Assembly (NCBI RefSeq): GCF_018977255.1 | Contig: NW_024704742.1 | Location: 59,646,001 to 59,710,000 of the forward strand | Source: Callorhinchus milii | Lineage: Eukaryota | DNA: 64,000 nt | Reading direction: 5' to 3' | Part shown: in pieces, positions 35,596-48,747 of the stretch | Position numbering within the stretch: position 1 is the first letter of the stretch | Layout of the letters: each line of letters opens with the position of its first letter | The notes under the pieces: generated by a model | Seen by the model: only the letters and a program-made list of their open reading frames with translations | Told to the model about the DNA's origin: nothing | Databases searched by the model: none | Position numbers and translations under genes: made by a program

Positions 35596-36344
35596 CTGTC
35601 TTTGTGAAATTGTGTTTTGTATAATTTTTAAAAAAGAGCAATATTTCAAAATACACTAATAAAAATCATTTGTTATACTTGACTGCTTAATATTGCAATA
35701 TAACTGTTGAATACTTTTCAGAGTCACAATGAGCAACCCATATGCATAAAAGATCAGCAGCTGGAGCCAGGAGCTGCCAACATTTCAAGAGTTGATAGGG
35801 ATTTTAACAACTGATTGCAAAGTTATGAAATAATGTTATCTTTTTTATACAATTTTTTTTCTCATTCCTAATAAATTACAAATTAGGCAAATGAAACTGG
35901 CATTGACTAAAATAATGAAATGTTCCAACAGATTTCATTTTCAAGCTAACTTTTACTCAAGAGAAAATTGCGTGCATTGAGGTAAATATGAAAAGGCCAA
36001 TCAAAGCCAATAAATTGAAAGCACAAGTCTTTTGTAACATTAGAGCAGGGTTTGAAAGGATGATGAAAATTACTTCATTATTGTTTGTTTTTGCTTTATT
36101 GAATGCTCAAGAACAATGCAGTTGCAAACATTTCATTTAATTCATTCATTTGTGCTACACCAATTTCACTGAATATACTATCTCAATTGGCCTTGCTTGT
36201 TAAATTGTTAAAATGATTCGAACATAACCTGGAGGAAGATGAAGTGAAATTATTACCAGAAAATTCTTATTGTTGTAAAGTAGAAAAGATAGACCTGAAA
36301 TGTTCCATGATATCTCGATAAAAGTATGTTATTGTGAGGTAAAT

Positions 36345-36730
36345 ACTAATAATCTTTGCATTTAATGTAGTGCCTTATCACATTGTTGAGACATCTCAAA
36401 GCACTTCACTTCACAGAATGTACTGTAAAGTGAATTGGCTGTATATTTTGTGGGCAAAATGTGGCAGCTGTTTGCTCATAGCAGTGTTCCACAAACAGTC
36501 ATGGATTGAATGACCATATTATATATTTACTTGTTTGTTTTTTGAAGGGATTATAACTCCCAGAAAGCAAACTGCTAATTGACTAACAACTGGGTTCCTA
36601 CTTACTGCTGGGTAAACAGAGGCTTATGGAGTAATGGAACTTGCCTAAGGTTTCACCTGGCCGGGAATCAAACCCGGGTTCTCTCGCTTGCCAGATGAGT
36701 GCTCGAAACAATACTCTACAGGACTCCACT
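36345..36730 (-). mobile_element. Young tRNA-derived SINE, long variant, full length
   Basis: Reverse complement of the 2075-2458 family with head ending ctacaggactcca. Confidence 0.92.
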
Positions 36731-36933
36731 TCAGGAAGTGTACTTGTTTGAAATGATCCAAATATGCCAGACGTGGGCGACAAAATCAGTACATTTTTAT
36801 ACGATTGGCGGTTAGCGGAAATGCAGCCTTTCAGTAAACAAAGACTCAGTAAAGGAACTATCCAATGTGGAATACCATCAGCCAGAAATCAATTAAATAT
36901 GTGGCCTGGCATTATATGGGTTAATTTTGAGAA

Positions 36934-37055
36934 ATGTGTGTGTGTGTGCATATGTGTTTGTGTGTGTGCACGTGTTTGTGTGTGTGCATATGTCCACGTG
37001 CATGTATATATGTGTGTGTGTATATGAATATGCATGTGTGTGCATGTGCGCGCAC
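36934..37055. repeat. (GT)n/(GTAT)n compound microsatellite
   Basis: About 120 bp of mostly alternating purine-pyrimidine. Confidence 0.95.
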
Positions 37056-37664
37056 AGAGTGGGCATACATCCAAGTATTTATTTACCGATACATTATAAT
37101 TTTTGTACCTATTTAAATGGCATGTGAAACAGATTAACTGACAACCTTTACAATAACTGGAGAATTAAATGGTTATCAGTTCTATTCAAGAGTAGGTTTC
37201 CTTGAAGTTAGTTGTACACCTTCCTTGATGTCATCCCATTTCAATATCAAGCTGTTTCTTAAATAAATCCTTCAACCAAGTAATAACAAAGGTTGTTGTA
37301 TTGCATTTTGGAAAGAACAATGTTGAAACAACATACCCTAGTTTTGCCAAGCTCTGAATGCCAGATTCGAGTATAGACATCTAATACAAAACTTAATTAG
37401 TTATTAGCGTTTTGACAAAATAGCTTCATTTTGGACTCCTTCACCCTAACAAGACTGCATGCAAATACCACCTAAAGTAGCTTCTCACCATAACCTCCTG
37501 CCTTTTGCTTTTTTGTGTCATGTTCTTTGTGATTTCATCTTCTGAAAATTATCTTCAGAACTCTGTGTGGGATTTGGATGAAGATCTAAGTTAAGCAGTT
37601 TAAATGAACAGATGGATCATCCCTCACAGGTGTTCATGCAATTGCTTTTGGTTGCTCTACCTTG

Positions 37665-38105
37665 AGGTGTTAGCCTGGCTCAGTGGGTGACACTCTTGCC
37701 TCTGAGTCAGAAGGTTGTGTATTCAAGTCCATGTCAGGACTTGAACTCACATTGGCTAGGCTCGCCAATACACTCCAATACAGTAATGTGTGTGTGTTGC
37801 ATTGTTGGAGATGCCATCTTTTGGGTGAGATGTAAAACCAAGATGCCACCTGTCTGCTTAGGTGAATATTAAAGACCTAGTTAAAAAGAAAACTGAGTTT
37901 TTCCTTGTGTCCAGGCCAATAATCCCCAAGGTAAAAATGGTCATTCAGTTCATGGCTGTTGACATTGCTTTGTGGAAATGAGCTGCTGCATTTGCCTAGA
38001 AATACATTCATTCCACTTCATGGTAAGTCTTGTGAAGCATTTTGGGACTGCTTCCTGATGCATAAGGATGCTATCAATACTAAATGCAAGGATTATTATT
38101 ATATT
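37665..38105 (+). mobile_element. Deu-domain SINE (SacSINE1-like), full length
   Basis: tggctcagtgggtgacactcttgcctctgagtcagaaggttgtgtattcaagtcc head, Deu core gttggagatgccatcttttgggtgagatgtaaaacc, (tta)n tail. Confidence 0.9.
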
Positions 38106-38319
38106 ATAGAAGCAATGAGCTCAAAAGTTAAAAGTTGCAGTCATGATTGGCTTCAAACCTCTTGGAGAAAGGTCACAGTGAACCACGTTGGAAGTATTCC
38201 AAAACTTTACAGATGGTCAAGTTTAAAGTTCACACAGAGCAGAGGGCAACTTGAGCAGCTAGCTTCCACTAGTAGCATACATTGAGTAAACACAACTATG
38301 GTTGGTTGGCACTGATGTG

Positions 38320-38900
38320 AACCTATAGCCCCGAACAAGTGACAGCAGGCAAGCACTTCCTCCAAGAACACTGAGTACCCATCCATAAAAGGATCAGAGA
38401 CCGGGCGTGATATAGATGCATAAAAATAATGGTGATGAGTTAGCATGTAATGTGTTGTCATCCACCGGTGCTATTGTTTCAACTAGGGGAGCGTCTTGTA
38501 GGACACAAACAAAACCAACAAGAAGATGTTCATTGTATGCTCGGGGCGAACAAAAGAGCGCATTTGATTAAAGAAATATGCCACTACCATCGCATAGGTT
38601 GATAAATTGTTTTTCATTTTCTAATATCTTGTAATGCGTCATTCTTTAACTGCACGCTTGAATTGAAGGATCGGTTATACAAAGCGAAAGCAGACAGAGG
38701 ATACACAGCCAAACATAACCAAGGATATCAAATAACATCTGAAAATAATTGTGCCCATTTGCAGAGCTCAGTGGAACAACTGGGCAATGAGACCCTCCGG
38801 CAGCTGGCTGCCTGCTTGCAGTTACTGGCCTGTGAATGAAATCAAATTCTCTATAGTTCTGTGTATTTATTTCAGTTGCGTAGCATTTGGCTTCATAAAA
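38320..38900. promoter_or_regulatory. Candidate regulatory element (CpG-retaining unique sequence)
   Basis: 13 CpGs counted in 38330-38700 in otherwise CpG-depleted DNA; Sox-like ATTGT/ACAAA and POU-like TTAGCAT motifs; no repeat match seen. Confidence 0.35.
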
Positions 38901-39584
38901 GTTACATATATTCATTGCAACTTTGAATATTCAAGATGCCAGAACCAATTTACACATTGTGAGCATTATGATAAGGCTCAGTAATAATCCACAGTCATTG
39001 TCAACATAGATTAATAATGTAAAATGACAGTACCTGCATAGCTCTACTTTAAAAAAAGACATATGGTTTTCCTTTAGCGAAATTGATTGAAATCGGCAAG
39101 GAGATTAATAAAAAAACAAGATTTGTTTTTCTTTAAATCCTGCTTCTTCAGCTCCCTGGCTTCATGCTGTCGTCCTTTATACATGCACAGAGCTGTCTGG
39201 CTGAAGACTGATCAACACCTTATTTGTAAAGCTGAAGTGATTTGACAGCATTCATCGAGGTGTAAGGTTATGAAATTATGATATTTGAAAGGTTAGACAT
39301 AAGAGCAGCCAAGTTTTATTAAAGTTGATTTTTAAGTGAGCAGAATAATACAAAACGTGAACATAACCTCATTTTATAAAAACAAAATTAACTAATAATG
39401 CATCCAGCATTTGTTGTTGAATATAATATAAAAAGTTGCATAAATATAAAAAGGTTGTTGTTAGAACGCTTTGACAAGAACTGTCTGTAATAGGCTTAAT
39501 GTTCAGCATGTTGTGGTCATTTTAAATCTATTGATTCATAATTCACTAAATATTTAAAGACTTCTGGGTCTATATAATAATATA

Positions 39585-39901
39585 AATAATAATAATCCTT
39601 GCATTCGATATAGCGCTTTTCACGTCGGGAGGACGTCCCAAAGCGCTTCACAGAATATACTGTAAAGTGAATTGACTGTATATTTGTGGGCAAACGCGGC
39701 AGCCAATTGCGCACAGCAATGTCCCACAAACAGTCGTAGATTGAAAATGACCAATTTATTATTGTTTTTGGTTTTGGAGGGATTATTATTAGGCGTGTGG
39801 AGTAAGGAAACTTGCCCAAGGTTTCGCCCTCTGCCTGGAATTGAACTCAGGTCTCTCGCTTGCAAAGCGAGTGCTCTAACCACTGAGCTACAGGACTCCA
39901 C
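39585..39901 (-). mobile_element. Young tRNA(Ala)-derived SINE, short variant, least-diverged copy
   Basis: tagctcagtgg A box, ctcgc-tttgcaa-gcgag stem-loop, gttcaattcc B box, CpGs intact, (tta)n tail. Confidence 0.95.
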
Positions 39902-42789
39902 GAACACATTATATACACATTAGTCATGTTTAATTTCCAAATGTGATACTCTTAAACTGATTTTCAAACCTTATTAGATTGTGGATCAGTGTTTTCTCAA
40001 TTAACTTTTAAAGTCGAGGCACTTGTATACTGCAAACACAAAATATGTATTGAAAATATTAACTATGATATATATACATTGTTTAATATTTAAATGCAGT
40101 CAAATTCCCTGACAATTGAAAATGTTGGCATTCTGTTTTTAAATATGATTGAGTCATTTAGTCAAAATATCGAACCATAGGGTTACAGTATGTTTAAAGA
40201 TGGTCTTTTTGAAAATGAATATTTGAAAAGTTTTCTTAAAAATTTTTTTATCACTTAGTATTTTATTTTTAATTTATCAAGCAACTACTGAAACCGCTGT
40301 CATTTCTCCATGACACAACTCAGCACTTGGAACGATATATCCAGAGCTGCTTTGCCTGTTACCTGCTCTATTAACACGTGAAAAAAAAATCCTGGTTAGC
40401 ATGCAACACCACAAATGTCACTGAGAAATAGATCTTCAATTCAGCCCATTGAACCGATTCCTTTCAAACATTATGTAGAATTATCTCATCTTGAAATCTA
40501 TCTGACCCCTTTCATTTTCTGAGAAAGTTCTGCAAAATTTCTCCCTGCTCTCCCCCCCACCCCCACCCCCCAACGCGAAAGTAAATGAAGTAAATCATCA
40601 GCAGAATATTTATTTGGCCTTACATCTTAGTTGCTTTTCTTTGCATAATATTTCCACTGCCGTAACAACTCAGGAAGAATTGAACATTTATAATTGATCC
40701 TCCAGCTGGGGACAGAGACTTTGGAGTGACCAACATTTCTCCAAAAAATAGTAACTGCACAATAATAATTCCTGTGAAACACGTTGAGGTATTTTGAGTT
40801 ATTGGTGCTACAAAATTATAAGTTCTCCTTCATGTTCCCTGACAATACATTCCCAGTGTACTTCTTGCTCGGCATATATTGATCACCGTTCTTGGTGTAT
40901 GTCTAGGGGAGTGATGCTGACCTGCCAGTCTTGGGAGAGAAGGCTCCATTAAGTCAGCATCTAAAAACACACTTGAGAAGAAGAGGAGTTCAAATTTAAT
41001 CCAATCTGGGAATCAAAGCAACTCCACCTGAGCCCAATGCTCTATTGACAAATTCTATATTTATGATAAACTGGCAGCTGAATTCTTAACTTCTCAAAAA
41101 AGCTTTGTACTTCAAGTAATCGTTTTTTTTACACTTTCAATGAAGCCTACACACTCTTCAGTCTCTTTTGTTTGCTTGGTAACATTCAATCAATTTTTGA
41201 CTTGGTTGTAGGACAAACTGCTCCCCAAAAGGACAAAACTGCTCTCTCTCAAGCGAGGTCAAGTGAATAAGCAAAAGCTGACATTGAACCGATTTAACCT
41301 ACTTAGATTGTTGCTCATTCTTTTGATAATGGAGAAGCTCTCTCAGTAATAAAAAACTATCTCCAACTGGAAAGATGGGGATAATTTATAGCGGCTGTAT
41401 GAAAAGGGAATGACATATGCCATGGTTGCACCATTTTATAAGACTCATAACCAACCGTTAAATTGTTAGACTGATGTTTCAGCTAATTGTAAAAAGCATT
41501 GATTCCCTCATCACTTGTTTATTTTAACATAACCATAATCTTAATTTTAAAAATTACAGCACAGAATGTAACCCTTGAAACCATCAATCTTGTCATGGTG
41601 CTAGGTCTTCAAATGGGAGTAAACAACTCAAATCAGGAATCTGAATTATTGAATGTAGCTTTATTATTTAAGAAACAGCTCAAAATTGCACCACGTGAAA
41701 TTGTTATTTTCATTTTAAGTTTGCTGCAATAATTGCAGTTGGAAGAACAATGAAATATTTGCTCATCTCTCCTGTGGATTTGTCACGATTTATGCTAATC
41801 TACCAAAATAAATTCAAAGAGTCATTACAGCAGATTGTAGATCACAGGCAAATTCACTGAGGCTGTCAGCTTCTGTTTTAACTAATCAAGTGAACTTCAG
41901 CAGTTCCATGATAAAATGCCACCTGATAGCTTGTTTCTTGTGCTGAATTGTTTCGCGTGCATTATTTATGGTTTCTGTGTCATTCTGCTTTTTCATGGGA
42001 CTACTGACAGAGCAATAAATTGATAGTCTTCAGATTTTATATGCTATTATAGATATTTAATGTACTACTGAACTACATATGGTTTTCCAAAGAAATGCAC
42101 CACTCTGAATAACACAGCTTCAAAGGATATTGTCTAATCCCTTAGAGTTGATGTTAACTTTGTTGAACCTAGTGTAAAACTGGATATTACCTTCAAAAAT
42201 ATACTGATACAAACATTGGGTCACAATAAATCTGCTATTGAATATTACTGAACATGAGGTGGCGAAATGAATTGCTTTATTAAATAATTATACCCTTTGC
42301 AACAGGAGATCAGAAGAAAATGTAATTGAGAGAAGGGCTGTTCATGCCTGCTCGCACCATATTGCACACACAGACATACACATATATATCAATCTTTGGA
42401 GGCTCCATCAAGTCTACTCAATTGAGAAATCTAACCAAAGGCAAAGCAACAGGAAAAGTCTCAAAAGATTATCCTTTGCTCCCAAAAACAATGGAATAAG
42501 AAAATCTATCCAATCTCCCAATTGACCCATCCATTGTACCATATGAATCACTGTATTCTATAGGGGATCTTCCTAATTTGAATTCAATTCACAATGATTG
42601 ATTGCAAGTTTATCAAAACAAATAAATAAAAATTGTAAAAATAATACTCCACAGACTGTGATGATTCCTGCAAAGCTGGGACAATGGGTAGGTCAGCTTT
42701 GGGTAATGTCTGGAGATGAGCTTGATTCCCTTGAGTTTTAGGTGAAACCTCAGAAGATGTGTTTTCTTGGTGATCTGGCTGCACCTGGT

Positions 42790-43065
42790 TGCTTCCTTTA
42801 GGAAGCAGTCTGTACTTTACATGCATCACCTGACTATGTAGCTTGGGGTAGTTAACAAAAGTTAGATCATTGTTAGAAGTATCATTCTTCACACCATTCA
42901 TGAATATTGCAAACAGTAAGGGATCCAAACAGCATCCCACTGTGGGACATTAGTAGTGACTGCCTTCCTTTACTGCCAGAGCTTTTACATACATCATTAC
43001 CTTCTGTTTTCTAGCATGAAGCTAATTTTCAGTCCAGATAGGACAATTATTATTCATTCCAGAAG
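42790..43065 (-). mobile_element. Old CR1 RT relic
   Basis: Minus frame V.TNVP..CCLDPLLFAIFMN..LTFVNYPKL, a decayed [20 protein letters not shown]. Confidence 0.6.
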
Positions 43066-43113
43066 CTTTGATCTTTAATAATAATAATAATAATATTATT
43101 ATTAAATGCAAGG

Positions 43114-43145
<32 letters not shown>

Positions 43146-43152
43146 ATCAAAG
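43066..43152. repeat. (AAT)n/(ATT)n palindromic AT-rich repeat
   Basis: ctttgat..(aat)n ... (att)n aaatcaaag; contains a SINE terminal aaatgcaagg. Confidence 0.85.
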
Positions 43153-43667
43153 TCTCATTTGCCTGTTCAGGTGGACGTTAAACATCCCACGACACGATTC
43201 AAAAACTGAAGGGAATTTCTCCTTTCACCTTGCTAAGGAGAATGATAGGGTGTCCTGTTGACAATTTCCTGGATAAAACTGATCATTAGCTTCAGGGTAG
43301 TGGGAATCTGGAAATCCCTCCCCCAAAAGGCTGTGGATGCTGGATTCCATTCACATTTTCAAGACAGAGGTAAATAGATATTTGTTAGGTCAGGGTAGTA
43401 AGGCATTCGGGGCAAGGGCGGTTAATTGGAGTTGAGGTACAGATCATCCATGATCTTATAAAATAGTGGAACAGTCTTGAGGGGCTGAATAACCTACTCA
43501 TGTTTCTATGCTTCATGGCTGTTTGTGGGAAATTGCTGTGCGCAAATTGACTGCTGTGTTCGCTTACAAAATATAGTCACTACACGTTACAGTAAATCCT
43601 GTTAAAAACTTTGAGACATTCTCCTCGCATGAAAGGTGTGATATCCAGTGCAAGGATTATTATTATT
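43153..43667 (+). mobile_element. Deu-domain SINE with a nested CR1 3' end (43295-43509)
   Basis: gcctgttcaggtggacgttaaacatccca core; CR1 piece flanked by gcttca duplication at 43289-43294 and 43510-43515. Confidence 0.87.
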
Positions 43668-44539
43668 TATTAAATCCTTGCTTCTGACTCCTTCCAGGCT
43701 CCATGTTGTTTAAATGAACATTGATAGCCTACAAGAACAGTTCCCTTTTCACTGGTGTTGAAGGCTAACCGGTCTATAATTCTCAGATTAATATCTCATT
43801 TCTTTTCTGAATATTGGAATAATATTCACCATCTTTCAGTGCAAAGTAGAACTCTTGTACTTATGGGTCTTCTTAAAGGATTTACTACATAAATCTATAT
43901 CTCTATTACTACACTATATCAGTGGCTTGTGTTTTTTTAACAAATTATCAGCAATTCAAAGGTACTTGTTCTCACAATGCACTTAATCTTCCAAGAACTA
44001 TTTTATTCTATTTTGCATTCATCCAATCTTTTGAGCAGTCGAGTGATATTTGTGCATGTAATTTTTGCAGTCATCCAAAAGTGTGTGTAAATCCTATCTC
44101 AATGGAAGTTGGTGACTTTTCTATATGTCCCTCTCATCAGATTGGTCTCAATCTAATGTAGCCATTTCTCCACAGTCCTGTACTAACAAGAGACATCGCA
44201 GAATGAGAGTGCAGTCCCATAATATCAATCAAAACCAGCATTTCACCCATTCCTATCTAATTCTGCAGACACTCAGCAAAGAAAAAGAGGTTGTACTGTA
44301 CATGTAGATACACAAAGTCAATAGCTGGCTATTTGTACTAGTGTTTGAGAGACTGGTCAGAAACAACAACAATGGCCAATTACCATTTGAAATAACAGAT
44401 CTAAGAGAACAGAATGGTTTGTGTCAGTTTACTGGTTTTAAAAACAAGACAGATTTAGACAAATAGAATTCAAAATGTGTTTGAGTTATCTTATATTCAA
44501 ACTTGTGCTTTCCTACATTCATGCCAACGCACATATTTT

Positions 44540-44757
44540 CAGCCACTATACCCCAAGATTCTGAAACTCTCCTCAATCCCTCCATCTTGCCATCTCCTTG
44601 TTGATCTTGAGATCCCAGCTAAAGACCTTACTCTTCGACCATGCCTATGGGCACCTTCCCCCTTCTCCAAGCTCGGTGTCAAGCTCAGCCACTATTAGGT
44701 ACTCCAAGATGCTACCTCTCGTGACCAATGCTATATAAATGCATGTTGTTGTTGTCA
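44540..44757 (+). mobile_element. L2 3' end
   Basis: ctaaagaccttactcttcgaccatgcct and gctatataaatgca(tgt)n tail. Confidence 0.75.
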
Positions 44758-45524
44758 TAACCCCAACTGCCCCGACATTAAAAGATAAACATTGTGGAGC
44801 TTCACCCAATGGAAATATATTACAAATGTGAAGGCTTTTAGTAAACAAGGAATGCATTGAAGAGGAAATTTGTTTGCAAACATGATGGAGAAGGGAGAAG
44901 AGGGGAAAGACTAGGAAGGAGGAATTAGGATGGGTGGAATATAAATATTGCATGGATTATTTGGATCAAATGACTTATTTTGGTGTTGAAGATTCTATAC
45001 AGTTCTGTGTAACAATCTGCTTTAATATTCAGGAACTTGCCCTTACCTTATGTGTTTTGCTCCCTCCAATTTACTCTTGTGTTCTCCCCCACTTCTCTCC
45101 TGCCAGTCCATTGCTGGGATAAAATTCCACATGTGACATTCAACTTCTGGTCATTCGTAATGTGCGACCTAAATCAGTGTGAGTTGGCATTGAATTCGAT
45201 AACAAAGCCTGTCATCTACATGTTTCCAGTTTCTTGCTGAGGCCACTAGATAGCAATTAAGAGCAAGAAGTCTGGCTGATTTTTTTCCCTCCCAAGAGCA
45301 TTCCAACTACTGGCCAGGCTGCAATTAGCTAACTAAGCAAAAACAGATTCAAAAATGCAACCATCTGGTCTATATTCGAGTGTAAAATTGGGCAATGCTT
45401 TCTCCCCCTAGGCCATCGTAGCTTATTTTGTCCTCTGAAAATCTAAACTGTTGCTTCTACCCTGGTTCAATGTGAGAATTTAGAGAAGGAAGCAAGATTC
45501 TTAAAGATCTTAATTCTTAAGAAA

Positions 45525-45905
45525 CCTACAAGATTCTTAAGGGTCTTGACAGAGTAGATAGTGTGAGACTGTTTCTCCTGGTTGGAGAATCTAAAACTAG
45601 GGGTGATAGTCTCAAATTGAAGAGTCAGCCTTTACAAACTGAGTTGAGGAAACATTTCTTCATTCAGAGAGTAGTGAATTTGTGGAATTCTCTACCCCGG
45701 AAGGCTGTGGATGCTCAGTCCTTGAACATATGCAAGACTGAGGTTGATAGATTTTTAAAGGATGAAGGGATTAAGGGATATGAGGATAGGGCGGGTAAAT
45801 GGAATTAGGTTAGCAGATCAAGTATGATCTTATTAAATGGCAGGGCAGGCTCGAGGGGCTGAATGGCCTAGTCCTGCTCCTACATGTTATGGTCTTATGG
45901 TCTAA
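45525..45905 (+). mobile_element. CR1 LINE 3' end (ORF2 C-terminus plus 3' UTR)
   Basis: ORF 45563..45808 RLFLLVGESKTRGDSLK..RKHFFIQRVVNLWNSLPRKAVDA..KTEVDRFL..GIKGY; ggctcgaggggctgaatggcct hairpin and (ttatggtc)n tail. Confidence 0.95.
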
Positions 45906-45945
45906 GTGTCCTGTTTCCTATTTAGCCATTTTCATCAGACATTTG

Positions 45946-46080
45946 GCCTGAAATTGGACCTGGTTTTTGTCTGAAATGCTTTCTTAGCATTTTGTCTTAA
46001 AATTAAGAGTGCCCAGAATTCTGGAAAATTCTTAAATTCAGTCTAAATCCTTAAATTCAGAAAACCGGTGTCCAAATTAA
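45946..46080. repeat. Palindromic MITE-like relic
   Basis: aattggacctggtttttgtctgaa / ttcagaaaaccggtgtccaaatt arms, centre ccagaattctgg. Confidence 0.55.
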
Positions 46081-46089
46081 GATTGAATT

Positions 46090-46270
46090 GAATCCTCCAC
46101 TACCTCACCCCTCAGGCCACTGAAACTTTTGTTCATGCCTTCACCACCTCCAGGCTCGACTATGCAAACACTCTGCTTTTCAGCCTTCCCAACTCCACAG
46201 GCTAGCGCCTTGGGGCATCCTCCTGACGTGAAAGGCGCTATACAAATGTAATCTTGTTGTTGTTGTTGAA
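46090..46270 (+). mobile_element. L2 fragment joined to L2 tail
   Basis: LTPQATETFVHAFTTSRLDYAN then gcgccttgggg..cctcctgacgtgaaaggcgctatacaaatgt(ttg)n. Confidence 0.85.
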
Positions 46271-47819
46271 TCAAATATTTTTCCCACAATCATAAAGTAA
46301 TTTGAACATTAAAACAAAATAATGTTGCAGGCTAAGTCTAAGAATTTGAGGATTCAGGTGAGAGAGGCCTGCATAGGAACATACACTGAAGAGAAGATAA
46401 GGAAGACTGTTTTTCTTAGCATTGCATTAATCTGTTAAATCATGAAATTAAATATTTAAAGTTAAGTAAATATACTTACAGTTCACGGGAACTTCCTTAC
46501 ATCATAGTTCCAACTAATTGGTTCCCAGTACTAATTCCACCTGGGCCTAGATTTATTCTATTTATATGACATTTCAGAACATCCAGAATGTGGCAAATTC
46601 TCAAATATTGCCTTGCCATTAAAAGCACTGTTTGGCAAGTTCTCTGCTGCTTTGTCGAGCTAAGACCATCTTAGCATATCAACTGATTTGAGGTTTCATG
46701 AGCTAGCACAACCAAATCCTAAATTATGGATTTGTTTTCAGTTAACTGGGGCGGTTTTTCAGGTTTCTCATTAACCTGACAAAATAACAGAACCATGACC
46801 TGAAATTCACAAGTTATAGTCTCTTCTAATGCATTTATATATTGTGAGAAAGAAACAGCAGAAGAATGTAGGCAAATGTAAAACAAATTACATTTTAAAA
46901 AGTTAAAAATGTATGCTCTCCTATCATCTCTTCTATTGCTCACCAAATCTCCTTAAAGTATTATGTACATGACATTTCTAATTCTATTGAAAACTACTCA
47001 AACATAGAACGAACACAATGCTTGTTACATGGTTTTTCAGTGTCAGAGACCAGTTTGTGCAAACTTTGGTTTGGCCTTAATGGATTTTGCCATATTAATT
47101 TGGGAATTTCAGCCTTTATCTTGTAAAAACAATATGAATCCTTTTTGATATAAATGGAGCCTCTGGCATGTATTCACCATTTTAAGAGGTGAAGTAAATC
47201 AAATTGAACGAGCTACTCTTCTATACAATAAAAAGCAAATTGTATTAAACCTTCAATTTCTATTACTTCAGTGGTATAGCGGTAGTACTCAGTGGCTTTT
47301 TATTGTCTTTTGCACATTAACTACATTGTAAAGGTGAATGGCATTTGATTTTTATAGCCACTTCATTCAGAGTATGGGTTACAAATTAAATTATTATTCC
47401 AAATTGACTTATCCATTTTCAAACTGCTCTGAGTGATTCCTGATGAGGACATTGTCGTCAGGGAATTACAGCAATTTGAAATCAATGCAGCTGATCATTT
47501 ACAGCTGAGATTTCTTTTAATGAAGTTTCAATAACTGTGTCTTGTTGATCAAGCCCTTTTGATCTCCCGGAGCCCCACAGGTCTGAAGGATAGGGTTAGT
47601 TACTGAATAACTGTAAGACACACATTTAAGTTTTTATGGACTGCCGTTGATCTGTTATTCTGCTTGACTGACTGTACTCGAATTTCCTTATCTGATTTGC
47701 AGATGCATCTGTTCATAAGGACTGAGAACACCTACAAAAAGGCATCTTTAATAAAACCATTTAAATAATTTGCTCATAGAGTAATTCACCTGCTATTATC
47801 AAATGACCACCAGCTAGCG

Positions 47820-48180
47820 CAGTGTCAGTTTAGCTCCATTGGTAGCACTCTCACCTTACAATCAGAAGCTCATGGGTTTAAACCCCATGCCAGGACGTGG
47901 AACTCATGTAGTCTAGGTAGGTCCACCAATGCAGTGTTGAGGGTGCGCTGTATTGTTGGAATTGCTTCAGATGTGACCGTCAGATGAGACGTTAAATTGA
48001 CGTCCCATCTGCCTACTCAGATGGACTTTAAAGTTTCCATGACACTGTTCGAAAAGAGAAGAAAGTTTCTCCAAAGCTCCACCAATAAAATAAATTATTC
48101 ACTTCATGGCTATTTGTGGTCTACTATGTGAAGCATTAGAGATGTCCTTCTGAAATAAAACGTGCTCTAATTCGAGGAAT
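47820..48180 (+). mobile_element. Deu-domain SINE
   Basis: ttggtagcactctcacc..tcagaag head, cagatgagacgttaaa, ctcagatggac core. Confidence 0.82.
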
Positions 48181-48494
48181 ATACAAACAAAATCAAATGA
48201 CAAAAATGACAAAAATAAATCCATATCAATTGGACATTTCAAATGGAACAGGTTATAAAATGCGATGTAAAGTATGTTAATTATCACATCTCAGATTATT
48301 GACTTGGGCACCGTGAGATTTAAAAAGCATCTGAAATTACTTCAGGTTGTTTCACGTTTTTGCTTCCCAGAAATCTGTAAATTACTCAGAATTGGCCAGA
48401 CCCATCTGAATAGCTTTTGGAAATGCAATTTCAAGAGTGCTGATATCGACTCTCAGATTGTACAAAGCAACCAAGGTGATAACAGCTCTTAGGA

Positions 48495-48747
48495 TAGGGT
48501 GACCCTACATCCCCAATTTCCGGGGACAATCACCGGATGAGGTATTGTGTCCCTGACCAAATATGCACTGTCTTCAATTCAGCAACAAATGGAGCAAGAA
48601 CAATACAATTCTAAAACAAATACACTCATCAGAGAAACACAGCCGTTAATCCAATAAACTTCTTGAATGCTGCCAGCATCAGGAATTGTAGTGAAATAAT
48701 TTTTTTATATGTATCCCTAGATTTGGTTTGCAAAATATGTCACCCTA
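48495..48747. mobile_element. hAT-superfamily MITE (Blackjack/MER81-like termini), 253 bp
   Basis: TIR TAGGGTGAC (48495-48503) / GTCACCCTA (48739-48747); 8-bp TSD tcttagga / tattagga. Confidence 0.88.

Noticed and set aside
36764..37127. Cys/Val- and His/Thr-rich ORFs
   Set aside because: Translation of the (GT)n microsatellite.
38765..38839. + strand terminal-exon-like SSVEQLGNETLRQLAACLQLLACE-stop
   Set aside because: Weak polypyrimidine tract, no upstream + strand exons, no recognised homology.
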